Of a stretch of 64,000 nucleotides of DNA, positions 12,809 to 26,862 are shown piece after piece. The stretch is from Malacoraja senta (taxonomy: Eukaryota): positions 9,116,001-9,180,000 of the forward strand of contig CM075995.1 of the NCBI GenBank assembly GCA_038087875.1, in the 5' to 3' direction. The first letter of the stretch is position 1, and every line of letters starts with the position of its first letter. The position numbers were made by a program, and so were the translations under genes. The notes under the pieces are model-generated. The model saw only the letters and a program-made list of their open reading frames with translations. It was not told the DNA's origin and did no database searches.

Positions 12809-14656
12809 CTGGACAAGGGGAGAGAGGGTCGCTGCTTTTGTTAGAGGCGGCTAGAACGCTTCGTAAACGGCCTGTCCCACTTGCCGATTTTTTAGGCGAC
12901 CGTCGGCATCATTGACCGGCGTATCAGAGTCACCAAAAAATTTGCGGCTGTGACGCGGCGTGATGACGTATTGACGTGATGATGTATTGACGTGATGATG
13001 TATTGACGTGATGATGTATTGACGTGATGATGTATTGACATGATGACGTGATAATGTATTGACGTGCGGTGTTTCCTCAAGTGTCGCAACATTTTTTTTG
13101 TCGCCACTGGATTTTGAAATGTTCAAATTCTTTTGGCGACACTGGTACTACGTCGGCAGTCGCCGAAAAAAAAACGCCAAGTGGGACAGGCTCTTAACAA
13201 ACACTAACATAGATGTACTGTATATGGGAAGGAACTGCAGATGCTGGTTTACACCGAAGATGGACACTAAATGCTGGAGTAATTCAGCGGGACAGGCAGC
13301 ATCTCTGGAGAGAAGGAATGGGTGACGTTTCGTGTCGAGACCCTTCTTCAGATATATATATATATATATACTAGACCAAGTATACAGGGCCAACAATCCA
13401 TTTCAATCCATTTCATGTCAAGTCAATCCATGTCAAGTCATGTCAAGTCACGAACAGGGCAGGCGGGGCCAGCCAACAATACAATCCATTTGCTTTCATT
13501 TCAGGTGAGCTCAAGCAAAGCAAAGCAAAGCAAAAGCAAAAGCACAGGGCAGGCCAAACAACTCATTTCATTTCCATTTCCATTTCAATTTCAAGCACAG
13601 GGCAGGCCAAACAACTCATTTAATTTCATTAAGGGCTAACAAATCATTTATTGCAAGCACATTAGGGGTTAACAAATCATCATTCATTGCAAGCACTGCT
13701 GGCTAACAAATCATTTATTGCAAGCACATAAAGGGTTAACCACATAAAGCACATAACCACATAACCACATAAACCACATAACCACATAAAGCACTTAAAA
13801 GGTAGACTCACAGTTCAATAGACTCACAGCAGAATCAGACCTTTCCCATTGATGAAAAATAAAAAAGGTTACGAGTGTTGCGATCAGCTGATTGGTCCTC
13901 TCGCCTGTCAATCACCGTGATGAAGGTATGGGATGTGTGTATGTATACACACACACACACACATGCACACACACAAAAAAATCACAGACACATACACACG
14001 CATATATATAAAATATATAAATAATGTTTTGTGTATGATTCATATTTAAACTCGCACCACATGTACACATACATACGCACACACACATGTATATTAAAGA
14101 TATATTTATCATGTTTTGCACATTGTGTATCCATATATCTATATAATTTAAAGTCTCATCTTGACCACTTCCTGTCTGCGCTGTATATTGATTTTAGAAA
14201 AACTCTACCCTGTATCGCTGTGATTTTTAGCCATCTTACTCACAGTCCTCCTCCGCTGAGCCAGTCCCGAGGATCTTTCCCATCGATGATAAATAAAAAA
14301 TGTTATGAGTGTTTAAAAAAACCTTGAGATCAGCTGATTGGTCCTCTCGCCTGTCAATCACCACGATGAAGGTAACGCCCCTTCTGGGGGGGGGGTGGTT
14401 TGGACTATAAAACCCCGGATGCCTGGACATGAGTCAGTCACTCTGCAAGATCTGTCATTTTAAGCTGTGAATCAATTGAACTGTGAGTCTGCAATGTACT
14501 TGCAATAAATGATTTGTTAGCCCTTAATGACAATGCCATGAGTTGTTTGGCCTGCTGCCCTGCCTGTGTTTGAAAGTGCAATGCTTAATTGGAAATGAAA
14601 TGACAATGCCATGAGTTGCTTGGCCTGCTGCCCTGCCTGTGCTTGAAACTGCAATG

Positions 14657-14865
14657 CTTTATTAGGTCCGATTGTGTTTGGAAGGAATAAATGCTTTATT
14701 AGGTCCGACTGTGTTTGGAAGGAATAAATGCTTGATTAGGTCCGACAGTGTTTGGAAGGAATAAATGCTTTATTAGGTCTGACTGTGTTTGGAAGGAATA
14801 AATGCTTTATTAGGTCCGACTGTGTTTGGAAGGAATAAATGCTTTATTAGGTTTGACTGTGTTTA
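14657..14865. repeat. 37-bp minisatellite
   Basis: Unit TTATTAGGTCCGACTGTGTTTGGAAGGAATAAATGCT, about 5.5 copies. Confidence 0.92.
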
Positions 14866-15048
14866 GTCCAAAAGTCCCGCTCATTTTGTGACTTCCGCTT
14901 AGTGGACAGGTCGCGCTGATTGCGTAATTTCCGGTGAGTGCAGAGGTCACGCTGACGCAGAAGTGCCACTGACTGCGGAAGCCCCACAGTGGAGAGGCCA
15001 CGCTCAGCCGTGTGAGTAGATTCAAGAAAGTTTACTGTCATATATATG

Positions 15049-16775
<1,727 letters not shown>

Positions 16776-19496
16776 TTGGAATTGGTGGAGAGGTGGAATA
16801 TTGCATTGGGGGACAGCCCTCCCGTGTGAAGCTGGGACCCACGGGTCCCACTTAGAGTACAATATAAAGGGAGACACAAGGAAATGCAGATGCTGGATCT
16901 TGCACATCTGGAATCTTGCATAAAATACTAAGTACTGGAGGAATTCAGCAGGCCAGGCAGCAAGTGGGAAGGGACTGGACAGGCTCTATTTCAGGTCAGG
17001 ACATTGGGCCAACTAGTCCAAGCCCATTAGCCAAGAATAGATTGTTATTATAATTCCCAGTTATTAATGCTTGATTAATGCTTGCACTGAGGGAGAGCAG
17101 CGTAGGTTTACAAGGTTAATTCCCGGGATGGCGGACTGTCATATGTTGATGGAGCGGCTGGGCTTGTATTCTCTGGAATTTAGAAGGATCTTATTGAAAC
17201 ATATAAGATTATTAAGGGTTTGGACACGCTAGAGGCAGGAAACGTGTTCCCGATGTTGGGGGAGTCCAGAACCAGGGGCCAAAGTTTAAGAATAAGGGGT
17301 AAGCCATTTAGAAGGGAGACGAGGAAACACTTTTTCACACAGAGAGTTCTCTGTGGAATTTTCTGCCTCAGAGGGCGGTGGAGGCAGGTTCTCTGGAAAC
17401 GTTCAAGAGAGAGCTAGATAGGGCTCTTAAAAATAGCGGTCAGGGGATATGGGGAGAAGGCAGGAACGGGGGTGCTGATTGGGGATGATCAGCCATGATC
17501 ACATTGAATGGCGGTGCTGACTCCTGCACCTATTGTCTATTGTCTATCCACATCTATGCTGAAAACTCAACTGAGGTCATGGATGCCATACCAGAGGTCA
17601 CAGCCTCAGAATTAAAGTGGTGAGAAGGAACTACTTTAGACAGAGGGTAGTTAATCTGTGGAATTCATTGCCACAGTGGAGGCCAAGTCAGTGGATATTT
17701 TTAAGGCAGAGATAGACAAATTCTTGATTAGAACGGGTGTCAAGGGTTACGGGGAGAAGGTAGGAAAATGGGATTAGGAGGCAGAGATCAGCCATGATTG
17801 AACGGCGGAATGGACTCGAGGGGCCGAATGGCCTGATTCTACACCCATAACGTTAACTTGTGAACTCACCAAACAATAAAGAGATGTAGCACAGAAACAG
17901 GCCCTTTGGACCTGAACTATCCATGCTAACCAAGCTGCCCCACCAAGGCTAGTCCGTGCTTACGTATGGCCTACATCCCTCTAAACCGTTCCTCTCTAGG
18001 GACCTGTCCAAATGCCTTTGGACAGTGGTGCAGTTGTAGAGTTGCTGCCTTGCAGCGCCACAATCCTCTGGTTCGAGGCAGAGAATTCCACAGATTCACA
18101 ACTCTCTGGGTGAAAAAGTGTTTCCTCATCTCCGTTCTAAATGGCCTACCCCTTATTGTTAAACTGTGTGTGGCCCCTGGTTCTGGACTACCCCAACATC
18201 GGGAACATGTTTCCTGCCTCTAGCGTGTCCAATTTTACAGAGGCGTGGATAGGGTAGACAGCCAGAACCTATTTCCCAGGGTGGGAATGTCAAGGTGGAG
18301 AGGGCATAGTTTGAAGGTGGCGGCAAGGTTTAAAGGAGGTGTGCGGGGCAAGGGATTTCCTTACATAGAAGAGGGTGAGTTCCTATAACGTGCTGCCTGG
18401 GGTTCATAAGTTCATTAGTTCGAGGAGTGGAATTATATACGCGCCGTTCAATCATGGCCGATCTATCTCTCCCTCCTAACCCCATCTCCCCATAACCCCT
18501 GACACCCGTACTAATCGAGAGTTTGTCAATCTCCGTCTTAAAAATATCCACTGACTTGGCCTCCACAGCCGTCTGTGGCAATGAATTCCACAGATTCACC
18601 ATCCTCTGACTAAAGAAATTCCTCCTCATCTCCTTCAAAAGGAACGTCCTTTAATTCTGTGGCTGTGCCTTCTGGTCCTAGACTCTCCCACTAGTGGAAA
18701 CATCCTAGGTTAACCCACTCATTCCTGGGATCATTCTTGTAAACCTCCTCTCGACCCTCTCCAGAGCCAGCACATCCTTCCTCAGATATGGGGCCCCAAA
18801 ATCTGCTCACAATACTCCAAATGTGGTCTGACCAATGCCTTAAGGAGCCTCGGCAAGTATCAAAGACTAGAAGGCGCAGTTTTAAGGTGAGATTGGGTAA
18901 CATTTACATCAGATGAAACATAGAAACATAGAAACATAGAAATTAGGTGCAGGAGTAGGCCATTCGGCCCTTCGAGCCTGCACCGCCATTCAATATGATC
19001 ATGGCTGATCATCCAACTCAGTATCCCGTACCTGCCTTCTCTCCATACCCTCTGTTCCCTTTAGCCACAAGGGCCACATCTAGCTCCCTCTTAAATATAG
19101 CCAATGAACTGGCCTCGACTACCCTCTGTGGCAGAGAGTTCCAGAGATTCACCACTCTCTGTGTGAAAAAAGTTCTTCTCATCTCGGTTTTAAAGGATTT
19201 CCCCCTTATCCTTAAGCTGTGACCCCTTGTCCTGGACTTCCCCAACATCGGGAGCAATCTTCCTGCATCTAGCCTGTCCAACCCCTTAAGAATTTTGTAA
19301 GTTTCTATAAGATCCCCTCTCAATCTTCCTAAATTCTAGAGAGTATAAACCAAGTCTATCCAGTCTTTCTTCATAAGACAGTCCTGACATCCCAGGAAGA
19401 GAACAGAAGTTTTGTGGGTGCCTGGAACGCGCTGCCAGGGGTGGTGGCGGAGGTAGATATGATAGTGGGGTGTTGAAGAGGCTTTGAGAGAGTTAC

Positions 19497-19607
19497 CTGG
19501 GGCAGCTTGGGGTCATTAATATCCCAGGTAATCTTCATTCCACTGGAACACACGCAGTCAGCATCTTGATAGAGGTCTCCTGTAGACATCACGCGTGCAG
19601 AGGCCAT
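19497..19607 (-). CDS. GCM2: GCM2 coding exon 1 (MASARVMSTGDLYQDADCVCSSGMKITWDINDPKLPQ)
   Basis: Contains the WDINDP motif that opens the GCM DNA-binding domain. Donor CAG|GTAACT, phase 0. In-frame TGA stops lie just upstream of the ATG, and an acceptor (cctctcacag) at 19635-19636 implies a further non-coding exon upstream. Confidence 0.93.
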
Positions 19608-19954
19608 TAGCGTCCCTCAGAATAGTCAGCTGGGCTGTGAGAGGACAAGGTTTAGTTCAGTACAGTTCAGTTTAGTTCAGTTTTGTTTATTGTCACGTGT
19701 ACAGTAAAAACCTTTTGTTGCGTGCGATCCTATATCGACAATAGACAATAGACAATAGGTGTAGGAGTAGGCCATTCGGCCCTTCGAGACAGCACCGCCA
19801 TTCAATGTGATCATGGCTGATCATCCCCAATCAGTACCCCGTTCCTGCCTTCTCCCCATATCCCCTGACTCCGCTATTTTTAAGAGCCCTATCTAGCTCT
19901 CTCTTGAAAGCATCCAGAGAACTGGCCTCCACCGCCCTCAGCAGAAAAACAATA

Positions 19955-20270
19955 GGGTCACAGTGGCGCGGTGGTAGAGTTGCCGCCTCACAGCGAATGC
20001 AGCGCCGGAGACCGTGGTTCGATCCCGACTACGGGTGGTGTCTGTACGGAGTTTGTACCTTCTCCCCGTGACCCGCGTGGGTTTTCTCCAAGATCTTCGG
20101 TTTCCTCCCACACTCCAAAGACGTGCAGGTTTGTAGGTTAATTGGCTTGGTAAATGTATAAATTGTCCCTAGGGGGTATGGGATAGTGTTAATGTGCAGG
20201 GATCGCTGGTCGGTGCGGACCTGGTGGGCCGAAGGGCCTGTTTCCGCGCTGTATCTCTAAACTAAACTAA
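19955..20270 (+). mobile_element. tRNA-derived V-SINE (HE1-like); other copies ~10566-10875-, 39712-40010+, 48880-49165+, 50083-50375+, 51708-52022+, 54640-54930+
   Basis: A-box (TGGCGCAGCGG) and B-box (GGTTCGATCC) head, V-domain GGAGTTTGTACGTTCTCCCCGTG...TCCGGTTTCCTCCCACACTCCAAAGAC, LINE-like tail GGGCCGAAGGGCCTGTTTC, and (TAAAC)n end. Confidence 0.85.
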
Positions 20271-22187
20271 AAGAATACATGATTACAATCGAGCCATTCA
20301 CAGTGTACAGATACATGATAAGGGAATAACGTTTAGTGCAAAGTAAAGCCAGCAAAGTCCGATCAAGGATAGTCCGAGGGTCACCAATGAGGTAGATAGC
20401 AGTTCAGCACCGCTCTCTGGTTGTGGTAGGATGGTTCAGTTGCCTGATAACAGCTGGGAAGAAACTGTCCCTGAATCTGGAGGTGTGCGTTTTCACACTT
20501 CTGTACCTCTTGCCCGATGGGAGAGGGGGAGAAGAGGGAGTGGCCAGGGTGAGACTGGTCCTGGATGATGCTACTGGCCTTGCCGAGGCAGCGTGAGGTG
20601 TAGATGGAGTCAATGGAAGGGAGTTTTGTTGTGTGTGACGGTCTGGGCTGCGTCCACAATTCGCAACAATTTCCTGCGGTCTTGTATAGTCTTTCCGCTG
20701 ACTGGTTAGCACGTAGCGAAATGTTTCTCTTTGTTCGTCAGTACACGTGGAAATATACTGAGCTAAACTAAACTGGAGACTGGGGGGGTGGGGGGAGGGG
20801 GGAGGGGGACAGAAAGAGCTTTAAATCAAGACACATTCAAAAGCAGAATACCCTGAAATAACCAGTGTCCACACCTTTGCAAGGGCAAGGCAGCTTTACT
20901 CAATTCATTGAAGCAGACACTGGAGTAACTCAGTGGGTCAGGCAGCATCTGTGAAGAACATGGATAGGTGACGTTTCACAGAGTGCTGGAGTAACTCAGC
21001 GGGTCAGGCAGCATCTGTGGAGAACATGGATAGGTGACGTTTCACAGGGTGCTGGAGTAACTCAGCGGGTCAGGCAGCATCTGTGGAGAACGTGGATAGG
21101 TGATGTTTTCACAGAGTGCTGGAGTAACTCAGCGGGTCAGGCAGCATCTGCGGAGAACATGGATAGGTGACGTTTCACAGAGTGCTTGAGTAACTCAGCG
21201 GGTCAGGCAGCATCTGCGGAGAACATGGATAGGTGACGTTTCACAGAGTGCTGGAGTAACTCAGTGGGTCAGGCAGCATCTGCGGAGGAACATGGATAGG
21301 TGACGTTTCACAGAGTGCTGGAGTAACTCAGTGGGTCAGGCAGCATCTGCGGAGAACATGGATAGGTGACGTTTAGGGTCAGTCCCTTCTTCAGACAATC
21401 CAAATTGGAGTTCAGTGCCTGGAAACCACAGTTTATCAGAAACGGGAAAGTTTAAACATTTAACTGTGTCGTATTGTTATGGTGTAAGCGGATATCACAC
21501 GGTCAAAAATCAAAGTCATTTTGGTGGCTCACAAATGGGTAATGGCAGGATTAGCATTTTCAAAAAATTAAATGAAGAGAATATATCGGGTCGATGCGCA
21601 GGTCTTGCCCAGCGTAGGCGATCGAGAATCAGACGGCATAGGTGTAAGGTGAGGGGGAAAGATTTGATAGGAACTTGACCGACTGCCTTTCATGCAACGG
21701 GTAGTATGTGTATGGAACGCGCTGCTGGCAGTTGACACAATGTTTAAGAAACATTTACAAAGGTACATGGATAGGACAGTTTCGAGGGATATGGGCCAAA
21801 CACATCCAGGTGGGACTAGTGTAGATGGGCCATGTTGGTCGGCGTAGGCAAGTTGGGCCGAAGGGACTGTTTCACTCGAAGACTTTATGACTAAATGGCA
21901 AATATGAACATAAAATATTTAAATAATATCAACCCGAGTGAGATGTTCATTTGCAGATGGCTTCAGTTATCAGTTTATTTTATTGTCCGAGGTACAGTGA
22001 AAAGCTTTTGTTGCGTGCTATCCTGTCAGCGGAAAGACAATACATGTTTACAATCGAGCCATTTACAGTGTACCGATACATGGCGTGGCTGGGGTGGGAG
22101 ATTGCAACCTTCACGTGGTCTGCCCTGTTTCGACAAATGCAATCAACCCGGCGTGCACAAACAGAAAATCAAACAGAACAAGTTGTC

Positions 22188-23020
22188 AAAGTAAGCATGC
22201 AGGTACAGCAGGCAGGGAAGAAAGCGAATGGCAGGTTGGCCTTTATAACAAGAGGAATCGAATATAGGAGCAAAGAGATCCTTCGGCAGTTGTACAGAGC
22301 CCTAGTGAAACCACACCTGGAGTATTGTATGCAGTTTTGGTCCCCTAATTTGAGGAAGGACATTCTTGCTATTGAGGGAGTGCAGTGTAGGTTCACCAGG
22401 TTAATTCCCGGGATGGCGGGACTGTCATATGCTGAGAGAATGGAGCGGCTGGGCTTGTATGCCCTGGAGTTTAGAAGGATGAGAGGGTATCTCATTGAAA
22501 CATATAAGATTGTTAAGAGTTTGGACACGCTAGAGGCAGAAAACATGTTCCTGATGTTGTGTTAAAGAAGGAACTACAGATGCTGGAAAATCGAAGGTAC
22601 ACAAAAATGCTGGAGAAACTCAGCCAGTGCAGCAGCATCTATGGAGAGAAGGAAATAGGCAACGTTTCGGGCCGAAACCCTTCTTCAGACATGTTCCCGA
22701 TGTTGGGGGAGTCCAGAACCAGGGGCCACAGTTAAGAATAAGGAGTAAGCCATTTAGAACGGAGACGATGAAACACTTTTTCTCATAGAGAGTGGTGAGT
22801 CTGTGAAATTCTCTGCCTCAGAGGGCGGTGGAGGCAGGTTCTCTGGATACTTTCAAGAGAGAGCTAGATAGGGCTCTTAAAGATAGTGGAGTCAGGGGAT
22901 ATGGGGGAGAAGGCAGGAACTGGGTACTGATTGGGGATGATCGGCCATGATCACATTGAATGGCGGTGCTGGCTCGAAGGGCCGAATGGCCTACTCCTGC
23001 ACCTATTGTCTATTGTCTAT
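22188..23020 (+). mobile_element. 5'-truncated CR1 LINE with 8-bp TSD (AAGTTGTC)
   Basis: RT C-terminus LYRALVKPHLEYCMQFWSP; tail CTATTGT; TSD at 22180-22187 and 23021-23028. Confidence 0.88.
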
Positions 23021-23081
23021 AAGTTGTCCTACAACTTTAGTCTGTGCACGCCATAAGGAAGAAGAAGAAGATGGCATGGCT

Positions 23082-23390
23082 TGGACTGAGAATGTTCGCC
23101 CTGTAGGAATCTCCAGGGCGCTGTGAATGCAAGATATCTTTTCTCTATCCTCATATTTATACAGCAGCGTCGGTATATGCGGCCTCGTTTTTTTTTGTCT
23201 GGTTCATAAACAGAGCAAATAAATCTGATGTTTTTATATAAACAGCTTAGGAAAAAATTCCAATCGCGGAACCTGTTCTGGTCGGCTGGTTGAGTGGTTA
23301 ATTCACAGAAGGACTTTTAATTTATGAATTGGACAATGTGATATATTCAAGTTTACTTAACACATTAAAGAGTTTTATACGCGGGGAATA
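23082..23390 (-). promoter_or_regulatory. Candidate GCM2 core promoter / non-coding first exon region
   Basis: Unique non-repeat island 3.5 kb upstream of the GCM2 ATG exon, with a minus-strand TATAAATA at 23154-23161 pointing toward GCM2. Confidence 0.4.
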
Positions 23391-24725
23391 GAGGGATATG
23401 GCTCATGTGCAGGCAGATGAGGCCAGAAGGGTCTCGACCCAAAACGTCGCGCATTCCTTCTATCTGCAGATGCTGCCAGTCCCGCTGAGTTACTCCAGCT
23501 TTTTTGTGTCTATCTTAACCTGGCATCATGTTCAGGAAAAGCATTGTGGCCTTTATAACAAGAGGAGTTGCATATAGGAGCAAAGAGGTCCTTCTGCAGT
23601 TGTACAGCGCACTAGTGAGACCACACCTGGAGTATTGTGTGTAGTTTTTGGTCCCTAATTTGAGGAAGGACATTCTTGCTATTGAGGGAGTGCAGCGTAG
23701 GTTTACCAGGTTAATTCCCGGGATGGCGGGACTGTCATATGCTGAGAGAATGGAGCAGCTGGGCCTGTATACTCTGGAGTTTAGAAGGATGAGAGGGGTT
23801 CTTATTGAAACATATAAGATTATTCAGGGTTTGACACGCTCGAGGCAGGAAACATGTTCCCGATGTTGGGGGAGTCCAGAACCAGGGGCCACTGTTTAAG
23901 AATAAAGGGGTAAGCCATTTAGAACGGAGACGAGGAAACACTTTTTTCTCACAGAGATTTGTGAGTCTGTGGAATCTCTGCCTCAGAGGCAGAGTTCTCT
24001 GGATGCTTTCAAGAGAGAGCTAGATAGGGCTCTTAGAAATAGCGGAGTCAGGGGATATGGGGAGAAGGCAGGAACGGGGTACTGATTGGGGATGATCAGC
24101 CATGATCACATTGAATGGCTGTGCTGGTTCGAAGGGCCGAATGGCCTACTCCTGTGCCTATTGTCTATTGTTTATGTCTATATTAATTTAAATATAATTT
24201 TATAGACATAATGGGTATAATTAATATATAAATATAAACAATATATATATTACTATATAAATACATATATAAAAGTTTATATATATATATATGAATGAAG
24301 AATAAGTTTATTGGCCAAGTATTCACATACAAGGAATTTGCCTTGGTGCTCCACCGCAAGTGACAACATGACACACAGTGACAATTAGAATGACACATAA
24401 ATCATTAATAATAAAACATTATTGATTAAACGTGAATTAAATAAAATACCAGAGCAAAAAGGAGGGTACAGATTTGCGGTTATTGAGATATATATATATA
24501 TATATAGTGTATATACACGTATTTGTGTGTATATATAGCTATCAGACCGTTAACACCAATTATTCATACACACAGATATAAATATACACACACGTATACA
24601 TGTGTGTGTATGTGTGTGTGATACTGTCTATTTATATACACTGACACACACTTACACACACACACGCGTGCGCACACATACACACACATATATATATTTA
24701 TATATATATACACATATACACATAC

Positions 24726-24816
<91 letters not shown>

Positions 24817-25045
24817 CACATACATCAGTCTGAAGAAGGTCTCGACCCGAAACGTCACCCATTCCTTCTCTCCAGAGATGCTGCCTGTCCCACTGTGTTA
24901 CTCCAGCATTTCGTGTCTATCATACACCTACACACATATATATATACATACACACATTATGTATAAATAGATATATTTTTGAATAGATATATATCGGCAA
25001 TTATATATATATATATTATATATATAATATAAGACATGTTTTAAA

Positions 25046-25970
<925 letters not shown>

Positions 25971-26722
25971 CAGATGTATGACCATATAATACCATTATTG
26001 CAATTATTTCTACACACACACCGCACACACATGAATATAATGTGGGCATATATATCCTTTCATACATATATATGTTTGAATATTATTTATATCTACTACA
26101 CAGAATGCCATTTTTTGGCAATTAGATATTTAAATATATAATTAGTGATAGGAGCAGAATTAGGCCATTCGGCCCATCATGTCTACTCCGCCATTCAATC
26201 GTGGCTGATCTACCTCTCCCTCCTAACCCCATTCTCCTGCCTTCTCCCCATAACCCCCGACACCCGTACTAATCAAGAATCTATCTACCTCGGACTTAAA
26301 TATATCCACTGACTTGGCCTCCACAGCCGTCTGTGGCAAAGTATTCCACAGATTCGCCACCCTCTGACTGAAGAAATTCCTCCTCATCTTCCCAAAAAGG
26401 AACGTCCTTTAATTCTGAGGCTGTGACCTCTGGTCCTAGACTCTCCCACTAGTGGAAACATCCTCTCCACATCCACTCTATCCAGGCCTTTCACTATTTC
26501 ACTATTCTGTATGTTTCAATGAGGTCCCCCCTCATTCTTCTAAACTTAATATCATGTTTTATTATTATATATTAAATCGTTGAAAACATTAGTGACGCAG
26601 TGGTGCTGGTTTCCGAAGGGCAAGATATTCTATATATATATATGTTATTTGTTATATTTATATATATATATATATATATATTAGACATGTATATATATAT
26701 ATATATATAATGTATGTATGTG

Positions 26723-26759
<37 letters not shown>

Positions 26760-26785
26760 TATTGTCTATGTTTTAAACACCCACA

Positions 26786-26862
<77 letters not shown>

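Noticed and set aside
19955..20035. tRNA-like sequences with A and B boxes
   Set aside because: These are heads of V-SINE copies, continuous with SINE body and tail; not tRNA genes.
23177..23184. Possible GCM autoregulatory site (ATGCGGCC) beside the candidate TATA box
   Set aside because: Two mismatches to the ATGCGGGT consensus; not supportable from sequence alone.
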